Notes under the pieces: model-generated
The model's database searches: none
The model's input: the letters and a program-made list of their open reading frames with translations, nothing else
Told to the model about the DNA's origin: nothing
Position numbers and translations under genes: made by a program
Part shown: in pieces, positions 9,178 through 19,671 of the stretch
How the letters are laid out: every line of letters starts with the position of its first letter
Numbering within the stretch: the stretch's first letter is position 1
Assembly: GCA_964439625.1 (NCBI GenBank)
Contig: CAYTPI010000001.1
Coordinates: 80,944-144,943, forward strand
Source of the DNA: an uncultured Anaerolineae bacterium
GTDB taxonomy: Bacteria; Chloroflexota; Anaerolineae; Aggregatilineales; UBA3940
Reading direction: 5' to 3'
Length of the DNA stretch: 64,000 bases

Positions 9178-10548
9178 ATGATGGGTTTTCCCCCCGAAGG
9201 GTTCGTCCAAGTTGAATCTAAAGTAGCCGGAGTTATCGTCTACAAACCAAAGCAAGACGGAGAGGCCGAGGCACGCGAGGTGGTCAATTTTGCTTGCCCG
9301 AACTGCCTTGCAAAGACGGCTTACTCAGCAAAAGACGGCGGCCTTAAGTGTACAAATTGCGGCTACTATGAACCGCCATCACAACCAGCCGTAGGTAAAT
9401 CAGCCGAGCAGTTTGAATTTAAGGCTGATATGTACGAACAAGCTGCCCATGGCTGGGGTGAAGTCCGTGAAGAAATCGAATGCCAAAATTGTTATGCGGT
9501 CTTTTCCCTGCCGGAAGGGCAGCTTACCAGCGAGTGTCCGTTTTGCGCCTCACGCAAGGTGATCCAATATAAGGCCTCACAAGACTCATTACGTCCGCGC
9601 TTTCTCATTCCATTTACGAAAACCCCTGACGACATTGCCCCATTAGTCACAGATTGGTTGGGCAAGAGCTGGATGGTGCCAGCGACCCTACGCCGCAAGG
9701 CCCGCCTGCAAGAATTTACTGGGATATATCTGCCCTTCTGGACGTTCGATGCTGACACGACTGGCTCATGGAAAGCATTGGTCGGCATTAAAAAGACTCG
9801 CCGATACTATTCGGATGGTCAATGGCGGGCGCAAAGCTACATCGATTGGCAGTGGCGTAATGGTGGCGTTTACCGGTTGTTTGACGATTTTATTGTCAGC
9901 GGAACGCGCCATGTAACCCACGGCATTCTGAAAGGGATGTCTAACTTTGACATGACAAAACTGGCTGCCTACGATCCGTCTTACTTAGCTGGATGGCAGG
10001 CACAGGCCTACGAAATTCCACTCGATGAAGCTTGGCAGAATGGACGCGAACTGATGCGCGAGGAAGTCCGCGAAGATGCCAAGGCGGATGCCCTGAGCGG
10101 TGAGGGCCAGCATGTTAAGAACATGTCCGTCTCGCTGAACTATGCCAATGAGAGTTGGCGCTATATCCTACTGCCGGTTTACTTGTCCGCCTTCAACTAT
10201 CAAGGTGAAACCTATCAGTTTGTGGCAAATGGTCAGACTGGTGCCGTGGCAGGCTCACGCCCTGTCGATTGGTTTAAGGTCTATCTGGCTGTGGCCCTCT
10301 GGCTGATACCAGGCTTATTTCTCTCGATGGTAGCGTTCATTCTGACGATCATTTTTGGCCCCTTCGGAATGATTGCAGGTGGGCTAGCGTTGGCAGCGTT
10401 TACTGGCGGCATTGCCTTCGCACGTCAAATTGTCACAAAAGCCCGTAAGGTCGCCCGTCCAGATGGCTTGGATGGGGTCTATATTGGGGGCATCGTTCCA
10501 TGGCGACTGGACTCACCGAGTCAAACTGACAAGCCGCAGCCTGAGTAA
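9178..10548 (+). CDS. Double zinc-ribbon membrane protein of unknown function (paralog A)
   Basis: Two Cys4 ribbons (CPNC..17..CTNC and CQNC..16..CPFC), a central domain with YLPFWTFD, then WRYILLPVYLSAFNY and VANGQTGAVAGSRP, and 2-3 C-terminal TM helices. Confidence 0.8.
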   Translation: MMGFPPEGFVQVESKVAGVIVYKPKQDGEAEAREVVNFACPNCLAKTAYSAKDGGLKCTNCGYYEPPSQPAVGKSAEQFEFKADMYEQAAHGWGEVREEIECQNCYAVFSLPEGQLTSECPFCASRKVIQYKASQDSLRPRFLIPFTKTPDDIAPLVTDWLGKSWMVPATLRRKARLQEFTGIYLPFWTFDADTTGSWKALVGIKKTRRYYSDGQWRAQSYIDWQWRNGGVYRLFDDFIVSGTRHVTHGILKGMSNFDMTKLAAYDPSYLAGWQAQAYEIPLDEAWQNGRELMREEVREDAKADALSGEGQHVKNMSVSLNYANESWRYILLPVYLSAFNYQGETYQFVANGQTGAVAGSRPVDWFKVYLAVALWLIPGLFLSMVAFILTIIFGPFGMIAGGLALAAFTGGIAFARQIVTKARKVARPDGLDGVYIGGIVPWRLDSPSQTDKPQPE

Positions 10549-10568
10549 GCTGATAGAAGGAGCATCGC

Positions 10569-11747
10569 ATGCAGCAAGACACAACAGCACCTACGATGGA
10601 AAGTCAAGTCGATTGGAAAAACCTTTGGGGTCTCGAACTTGAGCAAGCAAACTGCTCACTCTGTGACGCCTCCTACCTGCTGCCTGAGGCGATGGCTCGC
10701 TTCGGGCAGGAACCCTGCCCGAACTGCTCGCGCGCCTTTTTGGAAGTCGCAGAAAAGACCGTCGCCCAGCCGGACTTTGCGCGTGCTCCTGAGCTTGTCG
10801 TGGAGTTCTTGGTTGAGCCAGCCCAAGCCGTTGACTTGATGATGAGGTTTGTCAAGCAAATTAAGCAGCCTCCGCCTGATATCACCAAGCAAAATCTAGC
10901 AGATCGCCTTCGGCGTGTTTATCTACCAGTTTGGTTGGTAGATGCTACTGTGCAAGCGCAATGGGGTATGGATGTTGGCTTTGACTATGATGTTGTGAGC
11001 CATCAGGAGCGCCATGTTGACGGTAAGTGGGTATCACAAGAGGTAAAGAAAAACCGGGTCGAATGGGAGCCACGTGTCGGGTTAATGGAACGTCGTTACG
11101 ATAACATCCACGCGGCTGCCTTAGACGGGTATTTTAACCTGGAGAAACAGGTCAAAGCGTTTGACGAAAAAACCGCGGTACCCTATCAAGCTGACCAATT
11201 AAGTCAGGCTTATATCCTTCTACCTGATCGCGCGACCGACGATGCTTGGAATGATGCCGAGGTAGGTATGCTACAGCGTGGCAAGGCTGATGCGCTCGCT
11301 GCCGTCGAAGCCCACCATAACCGCGACTTTAAATGGTCACCTCAGTACAGTGATAAAAACTGGACGCTGTTATTAGTACCGCTCTATACATCTTACTATC
11401 TCGATGATGACCGGATGCCGCATGTGCTGTTCGTCAATGGGCAGCGGGGGGGCATCAATGGGGCCTTGAAGGCTTCAGAAAAGCAAGCGCGCCGCTTTGT
11501 CATCCCTACTACGATTGTAGCGTTTGTCGTCGTTGCCTTATCATTGATTGTCGGTGCCGTTGGTATCCTGAGCGGGCTGCTTCCAGTCGCCTTAATCAGT
11601 GTCCTTGGGGTTTTATTTGCAATAATGCTTGTTGTGCTGGCGTTTGCCCCAGTGGCTTCAGCGACTATGTTCAATCGCAAATACGATCAGTTGCGCGTTT
11701 TCTTCAAGCCGTACCGCCCTGAGCTAAATAAAACGCTGGGTAAATAG
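10569..11747 (+). CDS. Zinc-ribbon membrane protein of unknown function (paralog B)
   Basis: GAAGGAG RBS. One Cys4 ribbon (CSLC..20..CPNC). Same downstream motifs as paralog A (YLPVWLVD, WTLLLVPLYTSYYLD, FVNGQRGGINGALK). C-terminal TM helices. Confidence 0.8.
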   Translation: MQQDTTAPTMESQVDWKNLWGLELEQANCSLCDASYLLPEAMARFGQEPCPNCSRAFLEVAEKTVAQPDFARAPELVVEFLVEPAQAVDLMMRFVKQIKQPPPDITKQNLADRLRRVYLPVWLVDATVQAQWGMDVGFDYDVVSHQERHVDGKWVSQEVKKNRVEWEPRVGLMERRYDNIHAAALDGYFNLEKQVKAFDEKTAVPYQADQLSQAYILLPDRATDDAWNDAEVGMLQRGKADALAAVEAHHNRDFKWSPQYSDKNWTLLLVPLYTSYYLDDDRMPHVLFVNGQRGGINGALKASEKQARRFVIPTTIVAFVVVALSLIVGAVGILSGLLPVALISVLGVLFAIMLVVLAFAPVASATMFNRKYDQLRVFFKPYRPELNKTLGK

Positions 11748-11766
11748 ATCGTAGCTAGGGGTTAGG

Positions 11767-14700
11767 TTAGGGGTCGATGGTCGTTTGAGGTGTGCTAAAG
11801 AATGGCCCACTGCCGCCACCGCTTTTGTTCGTGTAGACGGGTATAGTAAGTGTAAAAATACTGCCGCCTTCTTCTGCATCACGCACCCAGATGCGCCCAC
11901 CATGCGCCTCAATAGCTAACTGGCAGAATGCCAGCCCGATGCCCGTACTATAGCGGCGTCCTTGCCGCCCGGGTACTTGCTTGAAGCGATCAAAGATGCT
12001 CTTCTTGAATTCGTCTGGAATGCCGGGACCTTGGTCGTGTACTTCGACTTGCAGCACCTCTGTCCCTGCTTCTTCTAGCTCTGTACGAAAGGCTTTCAAC
12101 GCGACAAGAGTGCCCGGTTCTGTATACTTGAGCGCGTTATCAACGATGTTCAGGATCACACGTTCGATCATGCTTGGATCAACGCGTGTCTCAGGTAAGT
12201 TCTTTTCAACCTCTGCTGTTAGCACGACGTCGAGTTCTTGGGCGATGGGCCGCATCTCCCCGATGACCGCGTCAATTGTCGAGGTGATATCGATAATTGA
12301 CGCATCTACAGAAATATTACCATCACTCAAGCGAGATACATCGAGCAGGTCATTGATTAGGTTCAACAACTTTTTGATGGCTCGCGAACTTGTCTGCACA
12401 GACTGGAAAATAATGGCATTATCTGGCTCAGCATGGCGCTCGATTAACGACATGCTGGTCATAACCGCCGTCAACGGGCCGCGTAGGTCGTGTACCATCA
12501 TACTGGTTAGGTCTTCGCGTGCCTGTTCTAGTTCGTGTTGTTCGGTAACGTCGCGGAAGATCAGCAATAGGCCAATGAAGTTGCCATTGGTATCTCGCAC
12601 TGGAGTCACTGTCCGCTCTACAAATCTCTGCCGCTTGTTGATGGTCACACGAGTGACATATAGGTCGGTTTGGGCGGGCATATTGGGGTTGCGAATGCAG
12701 CGGCCCAACAGCGTTTTTAATTCACCTTCTTTATAGCCCAGGCCTTCGCCTAGTGCAGTTAATGGGTCTTGGGCGAATTGCTCTGGGCTGCGCTCCATGA
12801 AATCGTCGCGGGCGAAATCCCAAAAGTCGTGCATGCGCGAATTTGTCATCACAATACGTGAACGTCCATCGATCATCAGTAACCCATCGAGGCTAGAGTC
12901 CAAAATCGCATGGAGACGGTCGCGCACGAGCTGCGAGTGGAAGAATAATTGCGCATTGCGAATAGCAATCGACGCTTGAACTGCTAATTGACTGACAAAC
13001 TTAACATCATCATCGTTAAAAGTCTGTTCGTGGGGGCTTTCAAGGATGATGGCTCCGATCACAGTCGTCTCTTGGAAGATTGGGATGCCCAACTGCGATA
13101 AGGGTTCCCCTGCGTCTATTATCTGTTGGTTGATCACTGTTTCGCCTTGCTCAACGACAATATTGGTTGACTCTTCCTGCGCAACGTGATGCGGCATCCG
13201 ACGTGACACAGTTGGATCGAACCCACGCCAGGCCACCAAGTTTAGGGCACCGCCAATACCAAGCTGCTCAGATTCGTGAAGATCACCTGCGAGCAGCAAA
13301 ATCCCAGATGCAGCACTCGTAGCCTCTACTGCCGAGTCGATGAGGAGGTCAAACACCTGTTCCAAGTCGAGTGTCGAGCTTAAGCGCCTTCCAATCTCGC
13401 TGACACTGACAATTTGTTCTGCCTGACGGCTTACCTGCTCATCAACGCGTTCATAGAGACGAGCATTTTCAATTGCCAATGCTGATTGGTTGGCGAAGGT
13501 GCCTAGCATCCGTAGTTCAGTCTGTCCAAAGCGGTGAATATGCTTGTAGTAGATAGCAATGATGCCAACGATCTTTATGGGGCTGGTCAGGGGTAGGTAG
13601 GCATATGACGTGAAGTCTTCTTGCTCAGCCAGTAGGCGTACTGCTTGAAATACCTGTGTGTTGGGGTCATGAACGTTCTCGATTGTAATGATTTCGCCCT
13701 CTGCCAGTAGCCGCTCGATTTCTTCCGGTTGTAAGGGCAGGTTAATTGCCTGAGACCGGACTGTATAACCAGGCGAAAACTTCTCGGCATGAGCCAACTC
13801 TAGCTTGATACTGTCGTCGCTTGTCTCGTTGAGGAGATAAATCGCTGCTTTATCGCAATTGGCAAATTGTACAATACCTTCCGCAATCAGATTAAGAACA
13901 CGCTCCGGGTCGAGCGAAGCGCTCAGTGAGATATTAAGTAGGTTGAGACGCTCCAAACGTTCCGCATGCCCGGCTGACTCCTCATAAAGCATGGCATTTT
14001 CAAGCGCGACGCCTGTCTGTGAAGCAATGGCACTAAAGATATCAAAGTCGCTTTGCGTAAACTTCTCCTCAGGCGTTCCGGCTTTTCGCCACGTCAACAT
14101 ACAACCCAACGTCCGCCCCGAAGCGCTGATCGGAACACCCATCCAACTTCCGACACCTTCTGGGAGTTTATGTGCCTCGTTGACGAGCAAGGGCGTCTCT
14201 TTTTCTAAGAGCGTCTGCGTCAGCGGGTCAGACGGAGGATGTGTCCAGCCATTACCCTGACGGGTACCATCGAGCATCTCAAGTGCGGTTTGCCAAGTCT
14301 TATCTTGCGGACGCTGCATAATAATGCGCAAATTACGGGTGCCCAGCAACTGTTCAGACTGAATGTAGACATTATCAACGAGGCTTCCAAGGTCGAGCGT
14401 GCTGCGTAATGCGCGGTGCATTGTGCTAAAAGACTGTAGTTGATGCACTTGGTTAACGAGTGAGCGATGCGTCTTTTCAATTTGGCTGGCCATAAAGGCA
14501 ATCGCAGCCACAATTGCGCAAAAGACCCACAGGGCGGCACTGCCTAACTGCCAGAAGGTGAGAGCACCAAGTGGAGCAAGAATCATTGGTAAAATTTGTA
14601 TCGCAAGGATGGTTTGTCGATGCTCAAATGCAAGCCGCAGCGCAGGTAGCTTGCGACTAACCAAGTCGAGAATGAGTAGTCCGTCGTACACAATCAGGAA

Positions 14701-15183
14701 GATGAGGATTGCGATACTGACTTGTGCAGCCGTTTGCACGCTCGGGACACCATCAAGCGGAACTACCCCCCCAAGTGCCATAAATGTGACGGAGGCAGCA
14801 ACCAAGGCCAGAATGTTTTTTGACAGTAGCCAAACCTCATCTAGTAGGCGCGTGCTAACCGGCTGCGTTGCCTGTTGGTTGTGGTGGAGAATGAGATGCA
14901 GAATACCACCGGCAATTAGGCCGACTGTGAGGGCGATGTAAGCCGTGCTTTCACCCAGCGAGAAGTAACATAATAGCGATGCTACCGGCAGCAGGGTCAA
15001 GTCTTGAAAATCAAACTTGAGGCTGGTATTTCGAATAACAGCAACCATAATGATAAGTGGTGCGGTAATCAAAATTGCGCCGAACAAGGCACTAAGAGAA
15101 GGCGGAGCCTGAATCATCAATACAATGATACTGGCTAACCCGGCAACAAGTCTGATGGTGATGTTAGCCACTAAGTTCTTCAT
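11767..15183 (-). CDS. Sensor histidine kinase: polytopic N-terminal membrane module, 3 GAF, PAS, HisKA, HATPase_c
   Basis: About 8 TM spans in the first ~235 aa. Three GAF-like blocks, each ending in (A/S)(L/I)A(L/I)(E/R)NA(M/R/Q)L(Y/F). PAS (LDGLLMIDGRSRIVMTNSR). H-box VHDLRGPL. N/G boxes IVDNALKYT, DQGPGIP, GIGLAFC. Confidence 0.9.
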   Translation of the reverse strand: MKNLVANITIRLVAGLASIIVLMIQAPPSLSALFGAILITAPLIIMVAVIRNTSLKFDFQDLTLLPVASLLCYFSLGESTAYIALTVGLIAGGILHLILHHNQQATQPVSTRLLDEVWLLSKNILALVAASVTFMALGGVVPLDGVPSVQTAAQVSIAILIFLIVYDGLLILDLVSRKLPALRLAFEHRQTILAIQILPMILAPLGALTFWQLGSAALWVFCAIVAAIAFMASQIEKTHRSLVNQVHQLQSFSTMHRALRSTLDLGSLVDNVYIQSEQLLGTRNLRIIMQRPQDKTWQTALEMLDGTRQGNGWTHPPSDPLTQTLLEKETPLLVNEAHKLPEGVGSWMGVPISASGRTLGCMLTWRKAGTPEEKFTQSDFDIFSAIASQTGVALENAMLYEESAGHAERLERLNLLNISLSASLDPERVLNLIAEGIVQFANCDKAAIYLLNETSDDSIKLELAHAEKFSPGYTVRSQAINLPLQPEEIERLLAEGEIITIENVHDPNTQVFQAVRLLAEQEDFTSYAYLPLTSPIKIVGIIAIYYKHIHRFGQTELRMLGTFANQSALAIENARLYERVDEQVSRQAEQIVSVSEIGRRLSSTLDLEQVFDLLIDSAVEATSAASGILLLAGDLHESEQLGIGGALNLVAWRGFDPTVSRRMPHHVAQEESTNIVVEQGETVINQQIIDAGEPLSQLGIPIFQETTVIGAIILESPHEQTFNDDDVKFVSQLAVQASIAIRNAQLFFHSQLVRDRLHAILDSSLDGLLMIDGRSRIVMTNSRMHDFWDFARDDFMERSPEQFAQDPLTALGEGLGYKEGELKTLLGRCIRNPNMPAQTDLYVTRVTINKRQRFVERTVTPVRDTNGNFIGLLLIFRDVTEQHELEQAREDLTSMMVHDLRGPLTAVMTSMSLIERHAEPDNAIIFQSVQTSSRAIKKLLNLINDLLDVSRLSDGNISVDASIIDITSTIDAVIGEMRPIAQELDVVLTAEVEKNLPETRVDPSMIERVILNIVDNALKYTEPGTLVALKAFRTELEEAGTEVLQVEVHDQGPGIPDEFKKSIFDRFKQVPGRQGRRYSTGIGLAFCQLAIEAHGGRIWVRDAEEGGSIFTLTIPVYTNKSGGGSGPFFSTPQTTIDP

Positions 15184-15222
15184 AGAATAAGTTTACCTTA
15201 AACCTGCCTTGTTTGGCCCATA

Positions 15223-18200
15223 TTAATCGGTAGGGGCAGGCTGTTCTGGAGAAAGCGGCAGTGTAAAATGGAAGGCAGCACCCCCTTGTGCCCCTTCATC
15301 TACCCAGATGCGCCCACCATGCGCTTCAATGGCTAGTCGGCAAAACGTCAGCCCAAGGCCGCTGCCTTTACTCCCACGGAAACGCTGGGAGCGCTCGTTC
15401 TGCGTGAAGCGTTCAAATATCTTCTCGCGCATCTCTTTTTCGACGCCACGCCCCGTATCTTCTACGAGCACGCGGAGATGTGTATCAAGTTCATCGACTC
15501 GGATGAAAAGCGTGCCATCTTCTGGCGTGTGTCGGATTGCGTTATCGACCAAATTATGAAAGACGCGCTCTATTGTTTGCTGGTCAATATCGACCAGAGG
15601 CAGCCCGTCTGGAATATGATTAACGACAGAAATCCGTGCTTGTTCAAACCTAGAATTCAGACTTTCTAACATTTTCAAGGCGACCACTTTGATGTCTTGT
15701 AGTTCAAGGTCTAACTGCATTTCGCCTGCTTCTAGCTTGTTAATATCAAGGATAGCCTCGATTAACTGAAGCAAGGAGTCAGAACTTGACAATGCGATGC
15801 TGAGTGCTGTCTTAATTGTATCGATGTCACGCGCTTCGCTGTCAGCTTCTTCGAGCGCGAAATAAATGCTTGAGATAACGCCGCTAAGCGGAGCGCGTAA
15901 ATCGTGAACAATCATCTCAGACATTTCTTTCTGATATTGGTCAAGCACTACCTGTTGAGTCTCGTCTCGGATGACAAACAGTCGCCCAAGAACTTGATCG
16001 TCTTCATTGGTTACAGGGGATGATATTTCCTGAAGGGCTCGGAACGTCGGTTTATGCAGTTCGTATGAGCGGCGGGTGATTAGATTAGGGTTCTCACGCG
16101 CTGTCTGCTCGATATCACGAATGTGGTTAATAGCAAGAACCCCGGTATCTGTTTGAGTGGGTGGCATTTGTTCGAAAATCTGGGCAAATGTTTCACCAAT
16201 GAAATTATTTAAGTGGACGTTGAGTAGGTACTCTGCGCGTGAGTTTGCTAGAATGACCCGTCCTGATTTATCTAACATGATGATTCCATCATTGATGCTG
16301 TGGAGAATAGCTTGCAGTCTGTCACGGCCAGCACGTGTCTGTTCTGCGAGCTGCTCGTTGCCAATGGCAACCGCTGCTTGGGCCGCCAGCAGATCAAGAA
16401 AGCGGATGGCATCCTCTGTGATGGTCGTTTCAGGGCCGAAGGTAGCCACAAAAATACCGACAAGTTCTTCGCCTCGGCGCAACGGTAAACAAACTGCGCC
16501 ATTGACGTTCTGTTTTTCGAGCAGCGACGTGAAGTCTTCGAACAGATGGTTATCTTGGATGTTTGAGGCAATGATCGGTTGTTCGTTGTCAGCAAAGTGA
16601 TCTGTAAGTGCCTGTGCCGCCGGAAAATAATTTTGCATGTCTACTTCGCCCGTTTCCAATAAGTTGACCCCAGTTGTCATTCCTCCTGAAATTTCGTGTT
16701 TCAGGAAGATGTAGACGTTGGCTGCATTGACACGCTGCCGAGCTTCTTGGATGATCAAACGCAGAGTCTGTCGTAGATTGCCAGAATTAAGCAGTTGTAC
16801 GCCAAGGTCCCGTAGTGCGTTGAACTCATTAGCCCTTTGTTGGACAGTCTCAAACAAATGGGCATTTTGGATGGCAATCGCAGCATGCTCTGCGAGATGG
16901 TTCAGAAAGCGGGCGTGGCTTTGATCGAAAGCCCCGACCCGTTTCGACTCAACGTTAATTACCCCCAGCTTTTTGTTGTTAAGTAGAATTGGCGTGGCAA
17001 GTTCTGCCATTACCCCCGGCCTTACCGAGATAACACGTGGGTCATTTCGGATATCGTCAACAATCAGAGTGTGCCCACTGGTCAGCGCGTGTCCGGATAA
17101 GCCTTGCTCTGCAGGCCACTTGTTTAAGCCGGGTGTGCTGCTCTCGCTTAAGCTAGCCACGACTTGCAGTGTATTGTTTCGTTCGTTGAACATGATCAGC
17201 TCGCATATATCCGAATTGGTGGCCTCAGCGGCAGCCACAACCACTTCTTGCAGCACTTCATCAATGTTTAATTGGCTGGCCATACGTTGGGCGATTTGCC
17301 CGAGGGCTTCAAGCTCATTCATCCGGCTGGTCAAGGCTACATCAATTGACTCGAATAGACGTGCGTTTTGTAAGGCGACGGCTGCTTGGTTTAATAGAAG
17401 CTGTGCCTGCTTGAGTTGGCTTTCTGCGTAGCGTTTATTAAGGTTGCTGCTTCCGACGAAGACAACGCCAAGCTTGAATTGGTGCACTACTATTGGGAGC
17501 AGCATCGCAGCTTGGAGATTATGATCCCGTAGGAATTGTTCTTCAGTCGCTGACAGCTTATCTGTCGCTCGGATCGTCGTCAGGCGGGTAACGGTAAGCG
17601 CATGCGCAATATGTGGCATTTGATTAATAGAGAGCAAGTCGTCGGTGTTTGGTACGTCAATGTATCGGGTGATGCCGCCTTCGTCAGTAACAATGATGGC
17701 TGTGTATAGAGTCGAGTCATCCTCATCTAATAGGAGCGCACCACAAACTTCAGCATCGAGTGCTTCAATGATGCTGGTCACGGTGGCATCCAAAACGCTG
17801 CGCAGTGAGAGGGACGTGGTCAGCCGGGTGCTTGCCGCATAGAGTGCCTCTAGTTGCCTTTTTCGTTGACGTTCTGTTTCAAATAGATGGGCGTTCTTCA
17901 CTGCAACGGCCATTTGGCTTGCCATCGTTTCCGCCAGTTGAATCATATGGTCACTAAAACGGTAGCGGTGTGTATAATATGCCGACAAGACACCGATGAC
18001 TTGGCCTTCTAGATTGAGTGGCACATCGATTACCGCCCGAATATATTGATCAAGCTCCTTGATTTGCTTGGACTCAGACCGTTCGACGTCTTCAATAATG
18101 TGCGGTTTACCGCTCGTGATTGCTGTCATCCGTGCACTCGTGATCGGGATATTGACAGACTTAGCTTGATATCTCTTTGTTAAGCCGATGCTCCCCGCGA

Positions 18201-19671
18201 GGTTGACCACTTCGCGAGCCTCGTCGACCAAAAAGACGGCTGCTTTTTGTGCATGAAATAAATTGACGACAATACGGCACACAGAGTTGGTCATTTGTTC
18301 CAAGTTGAGGCTGGCGCCGACTAACGTTGACACCTCCGCAACAGACTTAAGTTCGACAGCTCGCTGGTTAGCCTCTTCTAGCAGTTGTGTTTTTGCCAGC
18401 GCTTGTGCTATTCGCCTCGAAATCAACTGAATTGCTTCAATATGTTGGTAATTGTACAGGTACCCTGGCTCATGGTTGCGAATACTCAACACGCCAATGA
18501 CTTTGTTTGCAGCCACCAACGGAACAGCCAGCAGACTGTACCATGCGTTTAGTCCCATGTCTGTTGCCCGATCAGGCTGAAAACCCAAACTTCTGGCAGC
18601 ACCAACAGCGTCGCGGTTTAGGATTAACGGCTTCTTACTGCGCAGCACATGCTCGTTGAATCCGTGTGTCGCAGGGCGTTCACTGAGTGCGAGGGCCTGG
18701 CCATCACGGTAGACCAATGGAAATGAGAATGTCTCATTGGCCTCGTCATATATTGCAATCTGAAAGTCTGTTGCTGCCACAATGCGGTCTGTTGCTTGAT
18801 GCGCGGCTTTTGCTGCGCTGATAATCGTTGTGGCTTCTAGTAAATTTTTGTCAAGCGAGGATGTGACATCCAGCAGATGCTGCTGATATGCCTGTCGCCT
18901 TTGCTGGCGGAAGAAAAAAGATACAGCGATTACTATCACCGCCGTCGTAATGATGGTCGGCAGCAGGCTAGGCTGCATCTCGGTGAAGCTCGCAGCAATA
19001 AACAGACCCATCGTACTAAAATTAATCGAATTAGCGACAAATGACGGCCAATTCGAGCGAATATACTGCTCCACATTGCGGACACTCAGCGAGAGCCAGA
19101 AGACATAAAAAACACTGAATACCGCCATGAACACCATTAGGGCAGCAATAATCAGCCCTAGTGAAGTCTGTGCGAGATACATGACAGGGATAAGCCCATG
19201 AATGACATTGGGAAATATTTGGGCGACGAGTACCAGCGTCAAAGGTACGAGAGTGGCATGTGCAGTTACTTCGACGGCTTGTTTAAAGTTATTCTGCCAA
19301 GAAAGGCCGATAAAGCGTCCAATGCCCAACCGAATGGGAACAGCTACTCCTGCGGCAAGTAAGGCTAAGATCATGGCTGCTTGGTAGCCAAGAGAGAAGG
19401 CAATCGCAATTTGCAGCATTGTGTAGCCGCCAACATAAATACCATTTGGTAGCCGCACCACAATGATCAAAGCTGTTGTCAAAGCGATTGCGAAGAAGAC
19501 ATTGCCCGGCTCGGTAACATCAAGCTGGAAAGTTGATACCATCCCCACCGTTAAAACTAGCAGAGTAAGCACAAATAGGACGACAATCAAGTAGTGTTGT
19601 GTCGTCAATGGACGTTCATCGCGCCAATATAAAGTTGACTCGTTAAGCCTCTGCTTCAGCTTGCGTTTCAT
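15223..19671 (-). CDS. Sensor histidine kinase: polytopic N-terminal membrane module, 5 GAF, PAS, HisKA, HATPase_c
   Basis: About 8 TM spans in the first ~255 aa. Five GAF-like blocks, each closing with ...A(V/I)A(V/L/I)(K/Q)NA(H/R)LFE. PAS (INDGIIMLDKSGRVILANSR). H-box VHDLRAPL. LVDNAIRHT, DTGRGV, GLGLTFC. The start overlaps the upstream GTPase gene by 29 nt. Confidence 0.9.
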   Translation of the reverse strand: MKRKLKQRLNESTLYWRDERPLTTQHYLIVVLFVLTLLVLTVGMVSTFQLDVTEPGNVFFAIALTTALIIVVRLPNGIYVGGYTMLQIAIAFSLGYQAAMILALLAAGVAVPIRLGIGRFIGLSWQNNFKQAVEVTAHATLVPLTLVLVAQIFPNVIHGLIPVMYLAQTSLGLIIAALMVFMAVFSVFYVFWLSLSVRNVEQYIRSNWPSFVANSINFSTMGLFIAASFTEMQPSLLPTIITTAVIVIAVSFFFRQQRRQAYQQHLLDVTSSLDKNLLEATTIISAAKAAHQATDRIVAATDFQIAIYDEANETFSFPLVYRDGQALALSERPATHGFNEHVLRSKKPLILNRDAVGAARSLGFQPDRATDMGLNAWYSLLAVPLVAANKVIGVLSIRNHEPGYLYNYQHIEAIQLISRRIAQALAKTQLLEEANQRAVELKSVAEVSTLVGASLNLEQMTNSVCRIVVNLFHAQKAAVFLVDEAREVVNLAGSIGLTKRYQAKSVNIPITSARMTAITSGKPHIIEDVERSESKQIKELDQYIRAVIDVPLNLEGQVIGVLSAYYTHRYRFSDHMIQLAETMASQMAVAVKNAHLFETERQRKRQLEALYAASTRLTTSLSLRSVLDATVTSIIEALDAEVCGALLLDEDDSTLYTAIIVTDEGGITRYIDVPNTDDLLSINQMPHIAHALTVTRLTTIRATDKLSATEEQFLRDHNLQAAMLLPIVVHQFKLGVVFVGSSNLNKRYAESQLKQAQLLLNQAAVALQNARLFESIDVALTSRMNELEALGQIAQRMASQLNIDEVLQEVVVAAAEATNSDICELIMFNERNNTLQVVASLSESSTPGLNKWPAEQGLSGHALTSGHTLIVDDIRNDPRVISVRPGVMAELATPILLNNKKLGVINVESKRVGAFDQSHARFLNHLAEHAAIAIQNAHLFETVQQRANEFNALRDLGVQLLNSGNLRQTLRLIIQEARQRVNAANVYIFLKHEISGGMTTGVNLLETGEVDMQNYFPAAQALTDHFADNEQPIIASNIQDNHLFEDFTSLLEKQNVNGAVCLPLRRGEELVGIFVATFGPETTITEDAIRFLDLLAAQAAVAIGNEQLAEQTRAGRDRLQAILHSINDGIIMLDKSGRVILANSRAEYLLNVHLNNFIGETFAQIFEQMPPTQTDTGVLAINHIRDIEQTARENPNLITRRSYELHKPTFRALQEISSPVTNEDDQVLGRLFVIRDETQQVVLDQYQKEMSEMIVHDLRAPLSGVISSIYFALEEADSEARDIDTIKTALSIALSSSDSLLQLIEAILDINKLEAGEMQLDLELQDIKVVALKMLESLNSRFEQARISVVNHIPDGLPLVDIDQQTIERVFHNLVDNAIRHTPEDGTLFIRVDELDTHLRVLVEDTGRGVEKEMREKIFERFTQNERSQRFRGSKGSGLGLTFCRLAIEAHGGRIWVDEGAQGGAAFHFTLPLSPEQPAPTD

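Noticed and set aside
11981-12736. A 251-aa + strand ORF, plus similar 100-170-aa ORFs antisense to the kinase and rpsA genes (for example 16157-16600, 16973-17431, 6929-7435, 42759-43151).
   Set aside because: Their products are Ser/Arg/Cys-rich and low in complexity. They lie antisense to strongly supported domain-bearing genes, which makes them typical shadow ORFs.
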